Source of the DNA: a virus | IMG/VR virus record: IMGVR_UViG_3300044568_004391 | Coordinates: 87,985 to 151,984 of that record | Direction: 5' to 3' (one strand) | DNA length: 64,000 nucleotides | In this document: positions 39,841 to 50,218 of the stretch, piece by piece | Numbering within the stretch: the first letter of the stretch is position 1 | Layout of the letters: each line of letters starts with the position of its first letter | Translations under genes and position numbers: made by a program | The notes under the pieces: generated by a model | What the model was told of the DNA's origin: nothing | What the model saw: the letters and a program-made list of their open reading frames with translations, nothing else | The model's database searches: none

Positions 39841-39982
39841 TGGGGTAGTTGTTAGAGGACGTAAAGGTAAGTATTTGAATCCAAAAAAACAAAACCTTTA
39901 ACAAAATAAAATTACCAAAAGTGTCAATGTTATTACTCCGATCATAGCATAATATGCTGTGTCTTCGGAAAATTTAATCTGT

Positions 39983-40360
39983 CTATCCCTCGTGCTTTTC
40001 GACATCAGAATTTTTGAAAATCAAAGTTAGGTTCAAAATCAAAAAAGACAAATTCACAATACCTACAATAGCCGTTTGATGTGAAAATGCACCCAATAGA
40101 TTACCAATAACGGCGAAGATCATAATTTCCATCAAATGGTTTGGAAAAAGTGCTTTAACTCTTTTGAAGATACTCACAAGGTTAAAATAAATAGCCAAAG
40201 ACATCAGGATTGCAAAAACTACTACAAGTCCATAGTTTTCAACTTTCATAAAATACCCTAATCCAAAACCTGTTAGGTATGCTAAAATACTCGATAGAAA
40301 ATAACGACCGAGAAAAACTGAACCACTGATGGTTCCACTAAGTTGAAGATATTTTTTCAT
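39983..40360 (-). CDS. DUF805-like membrane protein
   Basis: SGTIS...F, four TMs, KR..A. Confidence 0.6.
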   Translation of the reverse strand: MKKYLQLSGTISGSVFLGRYFLSSILAYLTGFGLGYFMKVENYGLVVVFAILMSLAIYFNLVSIFKRVKALFPNHLMEIMIFAVIGNLLGAFSHQTAIVGIVNLSFLILNLTLIFKNSDVEKHEG

Positions 40361-40364
40361 ATTA

Positions 40365-40556
40365 TTACCAATGTACACTACAAGGAACTTCTTTCTTGCC
40401 GAACAAGAAATCTTTAGGTGCGTGACCCGAATGGATCACTTGAACGTCTCGTTGACGAACCATTTTTCGTTTTCCGTTTTGGTATACATATCCGCCCGAA
40501 GCACAGGATTGTAATACCAACATAACCAAACCTAACGACCAAATTGTATATTTCAT
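40365..40556 (-). CDS. small lipoprotein
   Basis: LQS-C lipobox. Confidence 0.6.
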   Translation of the reverse strand: MKYTIWSLGLVMLVLQSCASGGYVYQNGKRKMVRQRDVQVIHSGHAPKDFLFGKKEVPCSVHW

Positions 40557-40572
40557 ATCAGATCAAGATTAG

Positions 40573-40644
40573 TACCCCCACCTGGACTCGAACCAGGAAT
40601 AGAACTTTAGAAGAATTCGGTTATTTCCCTTTAACTATGGGGGC
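40573..40644 (-). tRNA. tRNA-Arg(UCU)
   Basis: Loop CTTCTAA; promoter TAACTTTG at 40673-40680 with -33 TTTG. Confidence 0.88.
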
Positions 40645-40705
40645 TTATTTTTTTTTTATCCTTTCAACACGACAAAGTTAGGTAATATTCCTCCAAAATC
40701 CAAAT

Positions 40706-41122
40706 TTATTCTCCTCCAATTTGAAGTTTTTCCAAAAGTTTGTCAATTCGGATCCTCCCCTTCTCTCCGATCGGGATTGGGTTTCCTTCTTCATCAATCC
40801 TTACGAATCTGATATTTGTTTTCAGAACCACGGTTTGGTGTCCTGTATATACGTTATGGGCTCTTGCTTCCATATAGAGAGTTATGGATGTGGTTCCGAG
40901 TTTGCTTGGGTATCCATAGATTTTAAGTAATTGACCCTCCTTTGCCGGTCGTTCAAAAAAACATTTATCAATTGATACGGTCACCATTCTTGGTGTGTCA
41001 CATAACTGCATTGCATAACCCGCCGCAGCTCCGTCAATCCATTTAAGTAATGATCCACCAAATAAATTTCCGTGAAAACCCAAATCCGACTTTTTGATTG
41101 GGTGTGTTGAAATCAAGTCCAT
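40706..41122 (-). CDS. hotdog-fold acyl-CoA thioesterase
   Basis: HGNLFGG.LL.WID; VTVSID. Confidence 0.88.
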   Translation of the reverse strand: MDLISTHPIKKSDLGFHGNLFGGSLLKWIDGAAAGYAMQLCDTPRMVTVSIDKCFFERPAKEGQLLKIYGYPSKLGTTSITLYMEARAHNVYTGHQTVVLKTNIRFVRIDEEGNPIPIGEKGRIRIDKLLEKLQIGGE

Positions 41123-41499
41123 TAACAGAATCTTTTTGTTATAATTTTTATATTGTTCGGGATAATTGGAAATTTTGTATCACCAATTTGTTCATCATCA
41201 ATAATCGACAGATAGAGAGTGTCAATCAAATCAATTGTTTTGCGATAGATCTCACCCCCTCCTATTACAATATCGGGATTTAGTTTCAAAGCATCTTCAA
41301 ACTGAAGTCCACTTTTACTTACCACAATAAGTTCCCTTCCTTTAAGAGGGGGTAGGGATTCAAAGGTCTTTCGTCCGACAAGACATTTTTTCCCCATCGT
41401 GACTTCTTTGAACCACTTTAAATCATCGGAACATTTCCACATAAGATTTCCATCTTTTCCGATATAACCCAACTTATTGACGGCGACAATCATTTCCAT
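41122..41499 (-). CDS. folA: dihydrofolate reductase
   Basis: IG..G.L.W...DL..F, GRKTFESL, PL.GR, IGGG. Confidence 0.88.
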   Translation of the reverse strand: MEMIVAVNKLGYIGKDGNLMWKCSDDLKWFKEVTMGKKCLVGRKTFESLPPLKGRELIVVSKSGLQFEDALKLNPDIVIGGGEIYRKTIDLIDTLYLSIIDDEQIGDTKFPIIPNNIKIITKRFC

Positions 41500-41567
41500 G
41501 TCACAAATATATTCAAAGAAAGTTTTTAATCTATATTTATTTTAATAAACAACTATATTTTAATACG

Positions 41568-42419
41568 ATGTCAGATTTCAATATAACAAAACAAAATCTC
41601 CCTCAAGACGAGTATTTCAAAAACGAAACCAAAAAGACCATTTTGGTTCTTCACCATACCGCCGGTGGTCACAGACCCGATTGGACAATTTCGGGTTGGG
41701 ACAAAGATAAGACATCAAAAAACGAATCCATCAGAATCGCAACTTCTTATGTGATCGGAGGAAAATCTGTAAGAGACGGAAACCAAGATTTTGATGGAAA
41801 GATATATGAAGCGTTTGAGGATAAGTATTGGGCTCACCATATCGGGATGAAAACCAGTAACAATGCCAATGTAAACAAACATTCCATAGGTATTGAAGTC
41901 TGTAACTACGGGCCACTGACCTTAACCAAAGATGGAAAGTTTTTAACTTATGTGAACTCTGTTGTTCCTCAATCAGAAGTTTTGGATCTCGGAAAACCAT
42001 TTAGAGGTTACAGATACTGGCACAACTATACCCCAAACCAACTTGAATCGTTGGAATTTTTAATCAAAGATATTATCCAAAGACACGGGATCAACAAAGA
42101 GTTGGGTCTTAAAGAGGCGTTGAGTAAAAAGAAAAACCTTTCGTCAATGACCGTTAGACAAAAACAGGAATTCCTTAATAACAGAGGATATGTCGGAATG
42201 GATGGAAAGAAATTATCTACCGACGGGGTGATGGGTGGGAACACAAAATATGCTGAAAGGATGTATAACGACACAAAAAGAGGTGATATAAATGGTTTTG
42301 AATTTAACGATCTTGCTGTGTTGGGTGGTCACGGAATTTGGTCTCATACTTCATATAGAAAAGACAAGAGTGATATGTATCCTCACCCCAAATTAATTGA
42401 AATATTGAAAAACTTATAA
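41568..42419 (+). CDS. N-acetylmuramoyl-L-alanine amidase (Amidase_2) endolysin with an inserted PG-binding-like segment
   Basis: VLHHTAG, SIGIE, H....KDK.D motifs. Confidence 0.85.
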   Translation: MSDFNITKQNLPQDEYFKNETKKTILVLHHTAGGHRPDWTISGWDKDKTSKNESIRIATSYVIGGKSVRDGNQDFDGKIYEAFEDKYWAHHIGMKTSNNANVNKHSIGIEVCNYGPLTLTKDGKFLTYVNSVVPQSEVLDLGKPFRGYRYWHNYTPNQLESLEFLIKDIIQRHGINKELGLKEALSKKKNLSSMTVRQKQEFLNNRGYVGMDGKKLSTDGVMGGNTKYAERMYNDTKRGDINGFEFNDLAVLGGHGIWSHTSYRKDKSDMYPHPKLIEILKNL

Positions 42420-42422
42420 GAG

Positions 42423-43016
42423 ATGAATATTTTATCTGAAGCGGTCACTGACCAACCAGTTCGTCAAGTTGTTAAGGACATCATTAAGATGGTGAAAACT
42501 CAAGTGAGTAGAGAATATTATTTACCTGAAGAAGTTTCGGAAAATTATATCCCCGAATATAAATTCCGTCAATTACCATTTGGTTTTGATGTAATTCTTG
42601 ATTTTACTATTGAAGACGATATTGAATATTTTACAAATGCTGATCTGTTGGGTGATGACACCATCGGTGTTTTAATCAAGATAAATAAAAAGGATTATCC
42701 ATCGATAATATATACATTAATTTCGGATTTGAATGATCTTATTGCTCACGAGTTAGAACACATCTATCAGAACTATGGATATAGAGACGTGAGTTTGGAA
42801 AAATATCCTGAATATTCACAAACAACAGGAAAAGATTATTACAAACACCCCATTGAAGTTCCCGCTCAGATCAAAGGATTTCAAAGACAAGCTAGGGTCA
42901 CAGGAAAACCTATTGAGGAATTGATAAGAAATTATTTTGAAAAGAATAAAAAGAGATATGAACTATCGGACGAGGACGTGGAGGATATTATTTCTTATCT
43001 TCTTTCGAAGATTTAA
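42423..43016 (+). CDS. HExxH zincin-like protein
   Basis: AHELEH..Q and YY..P.E.PA. Confidence 0.55.
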   Translation: MNILSEAVTDQPVRQVVKDIIKMVKTQVSREYYLPEEVSENYIPEYKFRQLPFGFDVILDFTIEDDIEYFTNADLLGDDTIGVLIKINKKDYPSIIYTLISDLNDLIAHELEHIYQNYGYRDVSLEKYPEYSQTTGKDYYKHPIEVPAQIKGFQRQARVTGKPIEELIRNYFEKNKKRYELSDEDVEDIISYLLSKI

Positions 43017-43626
43017 GAATATTCGAAAAGAATTCTTTTACCAAATCTCCACCTTTTTCAAAAGAAAACCACAAAAGAATTGCTGCAAATATTTTGAAAA
43101 CATCGTTGGTTGACATCTCTTGTTCTTGAATCATATTTGTCAACACGGACATCAACGGAACAAGAGCGGAAAACTTGATTATATTGGAATAGTTTTTAAC
43201 TCCAATTCCAAATTTAGTAAAGAAAGATTCAATCTTTAAGTTTCTCTTTCCCACAAATTCTTCACCGGCTTTTAGTTCATCTTCAAGACCTTTTTCCACA
43301 ATTGAATCGTAAATACCTTTTTTATGGTCTCTTCTTTCAAAGAAAATTGAACTCAAAAGAGAAATAACCAAGAGTGTAATATCTTTTGAATCAAGTTCAG
43401 GATATCTAAATTCATAAAATTCTGTAAATATTTTGCTAAGTGGTGGGATGGCAGCCCCGAATGTCAAAAGAAACTTCAAATCAACACCTAATTCCACTTC
43501 CTTTTCTTTGATAAAGTCTTTTCCATCTTCATATAGATCCTCGAGATATTTTTTTACAGGGGTCACTTTGTTCTCTGACTCCAATATAATTTTTCTTACC
43601 TGAAGATTTTTGCTCTCTAATATCAT
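42988..43626 (-). CDS. membrane protein with E-leader
   Basis: MILES...IILESE; hydrophobic helices. Confidence 0.7.
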   Translation of the reverse strand: MILESKNLQVRKIILESENKVTPVKKYLEDLYEDGKDFIKEKEVELGVDLKFLLTFGAAIPPLSKIFTEFYEFRYPELDSKDITLLVISLLSSIFFERRDHKKGIYDSIVEKGLEDELKAGEEFVGKRNLKIESFFTKFGIGVKNYSNIIKFSALVPLMSVLTNMIQEQEMSTNDVFKIFAAILLWFSFEKGGDLVKEFFSNILKSSKEDKK

Positions 43627-43657
43627 TTGACAATATATTTATAAAATAAATATTACC

Positions 43658-44182
43658 ATGAGAGGATATTCAACAATGACCGATGAAGAAAGACAATCAA
43701 TTCTTTCTCAACACAAAACATTTTATAACGGATACCAAGTACAAAACGTTCCATCATCGTACCAACCTTTAGAGGAAAAAAGTTATGCCAACGATATGGG
43801 AGGTATAACCGTCAACAATAAAGGTGAGGTTTCTTCTTATAAGAACTATGGAATCAACGAAAATTATCAGTTAAATGAATATGATTTTGAAGATGAGGAA
43901 CCCGTTGACCTATACGACGATATGGAATATTCCGAACTTATGTCAAGCTTGGAAAAAATGCTTGATGAGGTGGGATATGAAGATGAAGATGAATTTGATT
44001 ATGTTGAATCTGAAGTTGCCGAAAAATACAAAATAGAAGAAAGAGTTTGTCCTACTTGTGGTCTTACAGAAGAAAAATGTGGGTGTTCCTACGAGAGCAA
44101 AGTCGATGAAGAAATCAAAGAATCTTTCGAAAATCAGAAGTCAAAGATTCATGAAATGATGAAAAGGATGAAGATTGGATGA
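43658..44182 (+). CDS. acidic protein with leader (MTDEERQSIL) and repeated x-x-E sites
   Basis: INE, LNE, IEE and IKE sites; CxxC; TATTTAT at 43636. Confidence 0.7.
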   Translation: MRGYSTMTDEERQSILSQHKTFYNGYQVQNVPSSYQPLEEKSYANDMGGITVNNKGEVSSYKNYGINENYQLNEYDFEDEEPVDLYDDMEYSELMSSLEKMLDEVGYEDEDEFDYVESEVAEKYKIEERVCPTCGLTEEKCGCSYESKVDEEIKESFENQKSKIHEMMKRMKIG

Positions 44183-44916
44183 AAAAACTTTTGCGTAAAA
44201 TATTGTTGGAGTTAGAAATACCGAATCCTGTTTATGGTGCATCGAATTCTACTACGATCAGAAGTCGTTATGGTATGAGAAAACATCCTGTAACAGGGAA
44301 AAATAAAATGCATTATGGTATTGATATACCTGTAAAATGTGGTACAAAATTAAAATCACCTGACAACGGAAGAATTACAGAGGCCGGTTTCAAAGAAGAT
44401 GGTTGTGGAGGTAGGATCAGAATTGATCACGGTATGTATTCGACCAGATATTGTCATTTGAAAGAAATTTTTGTAAAGACAGGTGATTGGGTAAATCAAA
44501 ATGATGAGATTGCCAGTACAGGTGGAGAAAAAAACACCAAAGGTGCTGGATTATCAACAGGTTGTCATTTACATATGGAAGTCAAAAGGAATGATCAAAA
44601 TATTGATCCAGAAACAGTTGTTGATTTGTCAAAAAATCCAAAAGAATTTGGAGATGAAAAATTGAAAAAGGGTTATAGGGGTTCTTCGATTGGGACTTTA
44701 CAGTGTTTCTTAAAACATTCTGGGGTGGATAGTAATTTAGAAAAAACAAATTTACTTGACGATGACACGATGCAAGCCATCAAGAAATTTCAGTCTGAAG
44801 TAGGAATGATCGAAACTGGTGAGGTCTCAAATGAGTTAATAATAGAAATTAGAGATTATATTAAGAAGTTAGACAAAGAAACTAAAAACAACATTAAAGA
44901 TTGTTATAGTAATTAA
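44179..44916 (+). CDS. M23 peptidoglycan endopeptidase with a PG-binding domain
   Basis: H.GID, TGCHLHME; TMQAIKKFQ. Confidence 0.88.
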   Translation: MKKLLRKILLELEIPNPVYGASNSTTIRSRYGMRKHPVTGKNKMHYGIDIPVKCGTKLKSPDNGRITEAGFKEDGCGGRIRIDHGMYSTRYCHLKEIFVKTGDWVNQNDEIASTGGEKNTKGAGLSTGCHLHMEVKRNDQNIDPETVVDLSKNPKEFGDEKLKKGYRGSSIGTLQCFLKHSGVDSNLEKTNLLDDDTMQAIKKFQSEVGMIETGEVSNELIIEIRDYIKKLDKETKNNIKDCYSN

Positions 44917-45533
44917 TTAATTCTTCTATCCATAAATTTTGGTGATTCTGAATCTTTTTGAGAAAGAATTAAATCAGTATCCTGTAGGAATAAATCAAAA
45001 ACTTCTTTGATGGTTGTTTTATTGTCCGATACGTGTCTAATAATTTCATCGAAGGGGGTAATTGAACCCTCATTTTCTTTTTTATAAAGATTCCCACACT
45101 TGTAGTGAAAAATTGTGTCGTCCTCTAAAGATAAAAATCCGTGTGCGAAATATGGGGGAACAAAAAGAGAAAACCCACTCTTATCATCAAGTTCAAAATA
45201 TTCAAACTTACCAAAGGTGTGGGAGTCTTCCCGTAAATCAACCACAAAATCAATTACTCGACCCTTCAAGACCCTAACTAACTTCGCCTGTGACCAATCC
45301 CCAACTTGATAGTGTAAACCTCTGAAAACCCCTTCTTTTGAATAGGAAATATTGTCTTGAATAAAATACGTTTTAATTAATGATTCATCGGTATTTTGTG
45401 TGAATTTATTTATATTTTTTTTATCTGAATATGAAATTTCATCCCAAATTTGTAAAAATTTACCTCTTTCATCTTCATAAATGTTTTCTTTTATTAAAAA
45501 AACATTGGTCATGGTCGTTTCTTTTATTGTCAT
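44913..45533 (-). CDS. rmlC: dTDP-4-dehydrorhamnose 3,5-epimerase
   Basis: DERG.F, QDN.S.S..GV.RGLHYQ, AHGF. Confidence 0.9.
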   Translation of the reverse strand: MTIKETTMTNVFLIKENIYEDERGKFLQIWDEISYSDKKNINKFTQNTDESLIKTYFIQDNISYSKEGVFRGLHYQVGDWSQAKLVRVLKGRVIDFVVDLREDSHTFGKFEYFELDDKSGFSLFVPPYFAHGFLSLEDDTIFHYKCGNLYKKENEGSITPFDEIIRHVSDNKTTIKEVFDLFLQDTDLILSQKDSESPKFMDRRIN

Positions 45534-45632
45534 TTTTGAATATTTTACTACTAATTTAGTTTAAAAAATGGTTTTTCATAAAAATAAAGATATTTCTTTT
45601 ATATAAAAATAAATAAGAATTTAATTAATCAT

Positions 45633-45947
45633 ATGGAAATTTTAGAAATATACCATTATGAAGTGAATGAACAATTAAAAACTGTTGAAATCACTTTCAG
45701 GTTGACTTCAGATTCTGATGATGAAAGTAGAGTTGATACATTTGAATTTTCTATATTAAACGAATATGGTATACAGATTGGTGATGAGATAGAAGATTTT
45801 GTGTTTGAATCTGAAGAATATGCCGATGAATTTGACGATGACGAATCTGAAGATTGGATCATGTTGGACGAGGATGAATTGATTTCATTTCTAAATGAAT
45901 ATTACACAATTAATCCAAAAAAACTACCCGAAAAAACTTTTTTCTGA
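45633..45947 (+). CDS. small, highly acidic protein
   Basis: Asp/Glu-rich, 104 aa. Confidence 0.7.
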   Translation: MEILEIYHYEVNEQLKTVEITFRLTSDSDDESRVDTFEFSILNEYGIQIGDEIEDFVFESEEYADEFDDDESEDWIMLDEDELISFLNEYYTINPKKLPEKTFF

Positions 45948-45958
45948 TATTTATCAGT

Positions 45959-46441
45959 ATGAAACCATACTCAGATCAACCCGAAAGAGAAGATTATTTA
46001 GATAAGTTGAAAAAACTTATTGGAAAGATTACCCTCACTAAAGAGAGGTTTTTGGGCTTGCAATTGGATAAAATAGAAATTTATATTACACCTTCTTTAA
46101 AGATTATTAGGATCAACACCAAACCTGAAAAATTAAGGGGTTCTGTTGGTCTATCCGAGAAGTCAACTTTGGACACTCAAAAATTAAAAGAATGGGCGGA
46201 TGAACATGGATATCAAGTTAGTTTTGTGGCGCAATTACCAAAACTTAAGAGACACTTGTTCAACATTTTTGGTGACGTTCTCCAAACGGACGACACGTTA
46301 TCTGAGAGTTATGGCAAAAGAAAAATAGAAATAATAATAAAGGAGGAGGAATTACCTGAAAATATTAAAGAGTGGGCATATAATAACCCAGAGAAATTCC
46401 TTCAAAATCTTCAAAGGATTAAAGACATCCTTAACAATTGA
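45959..46441 (+). CDS. hypothetical protein
   Basis: ORF; TATTTAT at 45948. Confidence 0.7.
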   Translation: MKPYSDQPEREDYLDKLKKLIGKITLTKERFLGLQLDKIEIYITPSLKIIRINTKPEKLRGSVGLSEKSTLDTQKLKEWADEHGYQVSFVAQLPKLKRHLFNIFGDVLQTDDTLSESYGKRKIEIIIKEEELPENIKEWAYNNPEKFLQNLQRIKDILNN

Positions 46442-46485
46442 AAACCTTTTATTAATTTGACTTTATCGGATATTTATCTGGTAAG

Positions 46486-46755
46486 ATGAAAATTTTAAGA
46501 GAAGAAATTTCAAGAATAAAAGAACTAATGGATCTTGATGATGTTGAATTCAGTGGTGACACCGAATCAACAGAAGAGTTGGGTGAGCAGGAAGATGCTG
46601 CCGCAGCATCGACAACATCGACAAGTTCGGGTGGTGGAACACCATCAGTTCCCGTATGGGCAAGTGGAAGAAATTTTGGTAAAACATACATGAATGATCC
46701 CAAGTATAAATGGGAGTCAGGATTAACAAGAGGAAAAGCAAATAGTCTTTACTAA
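46486..46755 (+). CDS. E-leader protein (MKILREEISRIKELM) ending W.SGLTRGKAN
   Basis: ORF; TATTTAT at 46471. Confidence 0.75.
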   Translation: MKILREEISRIKELMDLDDVEFSGDTESTEELGEQEDAAAASTTSTSSGGGTPSVPVWASGRNFGKTYMNDPKYKWESGLTRGKANSLY

Positions 46756-48860
46756 TGGCAGAAAACGTAGGTGAAAATTTAGAAAATTCAATCAAAGACG
46801 CAACAGAAGGAACAGGTGGATTGGTTGAAGGATTAGAAGAAGTTACAGAAAAAACAAACGAAGCCGTTAAAGAAATCTCTAATTTCAGTGATTTTGTTGG
46901 TCAAAGTGTTAGTGCCGTAGGTTTTTTGGGTAAAGGATTTTTTGCTCTTGCTGAATCGATAGGGTTGGCCAAAGCGGCAAGCTTCCTTTTTGCAAAAACC
47001 TATATGGACATTGAAGATAGTGTCACCGAAGTAGTTGCGGGTTTTGGTCAAACAAGGTATTTTTCCGATGCGATGCAAAACACACTTGTTGCCGCAAACA
47101 TGGAATTATATGAGTTCGGTATTACATTAGATGAACAAGAAAAAAGCATTGCAGGGTTCAACTCTGAGTTGGATAGGATGAATTTGTTGACAAGTCAAGA
47201 AGTCGTGAGGATGAACATATTGGCAAAAGCAACAGGTCTTAGTGGTGAGGAGATGGCTCAAATGGTTGCACAGATGTCAGATTTAGGGATGGGGACTTTA
47301 ACTGCCATTCAGAACGTCGAGAAAATGGCAGTGGAAGCTCAAAGGTTAGGGTTAAATGTTAAAGCATTTATTAGTGAGATTGGTGATAATATTAAATTAG
47401 TAAATCAATATGGTTTTGATAAGGGGATAAATGGTTTAGCTAAAATGGTGGCCAAAGCTCAAGCTTTAAGATTCGATATTCAACAATCTGTAAATATTGC
47501 TGACACAATTTTAGACGGAGGACCCGAAAAAGCGGTTGAACTTGCCGCGGAACTCGCGACTCTTGGTGGTGACATCGGAGAGTTGAGTGATCCTTATGCT
47601 CTTATGTTTAATAGTCTAAACGATGTTGGTGCAATTCAGGATTCTTTAATCGATCTTGCAAGTGCGGCGGCATCAGTCAACCAAGAAACTGGACAGATAG
47701 AAATTCCGCCCGAAGCAAGATTTAGATTAAGACAACAAGCAAAAATGATGGGTCTTGATATTGATGAATTGTCAACCGCGGCGGTCAATTCAAAAAGACA
47801 GATGATGGCGTTGGAAGAGATCGAGTTTAGTGGTTTGGCTGGTATGTCGGACGAGGACAAACAATTCATTGCAAACATTAGTGAAATCAATGAAAAAGGA
47901 GAACTTGTTGTAAAACTGAAAGAAGGTACAGAGACAAGAGAGATACAATTGACTGATGAGGCCGGAATTACCCAGGCTATGAATGAGTTGAAAGAACAAC
48001 AAGCCGAGGCCACTATGGATCCACAAGATATTTTAAGGGCGAATACTTTGGAAATGAAGTCTTTAAATGACACTCTTAAAATCTTGACAAGTAAAGAAGC
48101 CTTATTAAAGGTGGCTGCGGGAGCATTTGACAGTAAAGAGGTGGAAAAGGTATTGGGGGGACTTAAAGATTCAGTGAATGATGTCACTCAATCAATTTCT
48201 CAGACGGCTTTGAACGTAAAAGAAGTTTTCAATAAAGAACAAGTAACAGGTGAAGATATAAAAGGACTTATAAATGACACAATAGACTTATTTCAAGAAG
48301 ACTTAACTGAATTTGGTAAACATCTTGAATTACCTGAAGAAAGTACAAAAGGATTTAGAGACGCGTTAGATAGTTTGACAAAATATATCAAAGAAAAAGT
48401 TTTTCCTGAAAGAAACACACTTGGTGGTGAAATTGATAAAAACGATACAACGAAAGATTTAGGTGCTGAAATTAATAAAACCAATACAACAACAGGTTTG
48501 GGTGCTGAAATCAACAAAGGGATTACAGTGCCTTTTCAAGAGATGAATAATTCATTAATTCAGAAACCAAATGAATCAACCCAAACAACTACACAGCCTT
48601 CAAATAATTTCCAACCAATAATGGAAAAACAATCCGCTGTTTTAGAAACCATACAACAAAATACAACATATACTCAAAAACAAGAACAGTCAGTTTCAAT
48701 TAAAGATATGAATGTGAATGTAAGTGGTTCAATATCTTTGACCGACAGAAATGGAAATGTGGTCGATATATTACGAAACAACCCGGATGTGAAAAACCAA
48801 ATAGTTATGATTGTGAATGATGCGTTCAAGAGAGGATATGAACCTTATACGGTGGTTTAA
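46755..48860 (+). CDS. tape-measure-like helical virion protein
   Basis: Long Ala/Gly/Met-rich helical sequence; three LG.EI.K repeats near the C-terminus. Confidence 0.6.
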   Translation: MAENVGENLENSIKDATEGTGGLVEGLEEVTEKTNEAVKEISNFSDFVGQSVSAVGFLGKGFFALAESIGLAKAASFLFAKTYMDIEDSVTEVVAGFGQTRYFSDAMQNTLVAANMELYEFGITLDEQEKSIAGFNSELDRMNLLTSQEVVRMNILAKATGLSGEEMAQMVAQMSDLGMGTLTAIQNVEKMAVEAQRLGLNVKAFISEIGDNIKLVNQYGFDKGINGLAKMVAKAQALRFDIQQSVNIADTILDGGPEKAVELAAELATLGGDIGELSDPYALMFNSLNDVGAIQDSLIDLASAAASVNQETGQIEIPPEARFRLRQQAKMMGLDIDELSTAAVNSKRQMMALEEIEFSGLAGMSDEDKQFIANISEINEKGELVVKLKEGTETREIQLTDEAGITQAMNELKEQQAEATMDPQDILRANTLEMKSLNDTLKILTSKEALLKVAAGAFDSKEVEKVLGGLKDSVNDVTQSISQTALNVKEVFNKEQVTGEDIKGLINDTIDLFQEDLTEFGKHLELPEESTKGFRDALDSLTKYIKEKVFPERNTLGGEIDKNDTTKDLGAEINKTNTTTGLGAEINKGITVPFQEMNNSLIQKPNESTQTTTQPSNNFQPIMEKQSAVLETIQQNTTYTQKQEQSVSIKDMNVNVSGSISLTDRNGNVVDILRNNPDVKNQIVMIVNDAFKRGYEPYTVV

Positions 48861-48946
48861 AAATACAAAACTTCCAAATCACACAAAATTAAGTAATACA
48901 AGTTTCAATTTTTTAATTGATCTGAGTATTTATAAATAAATAAAAT

Positions 48947-50218
48947 ATGGTTCTGCGTGAAGATATATCAAGAATACATTTTTTGATAAATTACGATGTC
49001 AAGAAATCTATTCTGATTCAAGAAGAAGAAAACATTCTGAACTCAAAAAAATTTGAGGGTTTTTTAATCAATGAATCGAATGGATCAAGTATTCTTAAAT
49101 ACTTTGATTCATGGGATAATCATGACTGGTTGGCGTTCGGTGAACTTTCAACAGGATTGTTGGGTATGATTCCCTTCCCTCCCTTTGCTTTAGCTATGAA
49201 TGCAATATCAATAGGTTTCGGTGTTTCAAATGCCGCCTTATACGCATCTGAAGGTGATAATTATTCAGCATCGATTGCTCTTGCGTTGGCCTTGATCCCA
49301 GGACCATCAACTTATAAATTAGGTAAAGAAGTGTTCGGAAAGGGGGGAAAGGAAGCTTTGCAAAAAATTCTCATGAAAAAAGCAAAAGGTATTCCACTGA
49401 CCAAAGTCGAACAAGAACTACTTAAAAGAGGTATGACTCAAATTGGTAAGAATCCCAAACTTTTTAATTCTTTAGTTTCTTCATCTCTTAGACAAACAAT
49501 CAAAACGAGTTTGAGTAAAATTGGATTGGAAAAAACGTTCAGATTTCTTCTAAATACGGCAAATAGACCAATTTTCAAAAATATTTTATTTCCAATTTAC
49601 GGTGCAACTGTTGGTGTTGATTCTTTATATTACCTTTATACTTTGACCAAAAAACCTGAAGAGAGAAGAACACTCGAAGAAAAAAGAATGCTTTCTGACT
49701 TCAAACCTCTCGTTGACCTATTAAAAAATCCAACACAAATTTACAATATAATTTCATACCAAGTAAACCCAAAAAATATTGATGAAAATATAGATGTTTC
49801 TGAAAGTATTCAGGTTAGTGAAAAAACATTACAAGAAGGTAGAAATAAATTAAAAGCGATTCAACAAAGAGAACTCGGAGTTACGAAACCTAACCAAACA
49901 ACAGACCTTGAATCACCAAAAACTCAAACTAAGATTACTCCAACTATTACTACAAATGAAAAAACTTGGATAAATAATATTTCGAAAGGTATTTGGGTTT
50001 TGATGAAAGGTAGTCACACTTACAACACAAAGAAAGGTTATGAAGGTGTAGGTGATTTGATTGAGACCATTCAGGAAAAGTTGGGTATTATACCTACAGG
50101 TAAATTTGATCAAAAAACGGAAGATGCTGTAAAAAATTTCCAAAAAGAAAATGATCTAACTGTAGATGGAATCATAGGACCAAAAACAATAAGTAAATTA
50201 AATTTAATTGAAATATGA
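48947..50218 (+). CDS. E-leader protein with a pre-toxin-TG-like domain and C-terminal PG-binding domain
   Basis: GMIP...NAALYASEGDNYSASIALALALIPG; TEDAVKNFQKENDLTVDGIIGPKT. Confidence 0.75.
   Translation: MVLREDISRIHFLINYDVKKSILIQEEENILNSKKFEGFLINESNGSSILKYFDSWDNHDWLAFGELSTGLLGMIPFPPFALAMNAISIGFGVSNAALYASEGDNYSASIALALALIPGPSTYKLGKEVFGKGGKEALQKILMKKAKGIPLTKVEQELLKRGMTQIGKNPKLFNSLVSSSLRQTIKTSLSKIGLEKTFRFLLNTANRPIFKNILFPIYGATVGVDSLYYLYTLTKKPEERRTLEEKRMLSDFKPLVDLLKNPTQIYNIISYQVNPKNIDENIDVSESIQVSEKTLQEGRNKLKAIQQRELGVTKPNQTTDLESPKTQTKITPTITTNEKTWINNISKGIWVLMKGSHTYNTKKGYEGVGDLIETIQEKLGIIPTGKFDQKTEDAVKNFQKENDLTVDGIIGPKTISKLNLIEI

Noticed and set aside
47636-48517. Antisense ORFs inside the tape-measure-like gene, and similar shadow ORFs elsewhere
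   Set aside because: Reverse-frame shadows of longer, motif-bearing genes
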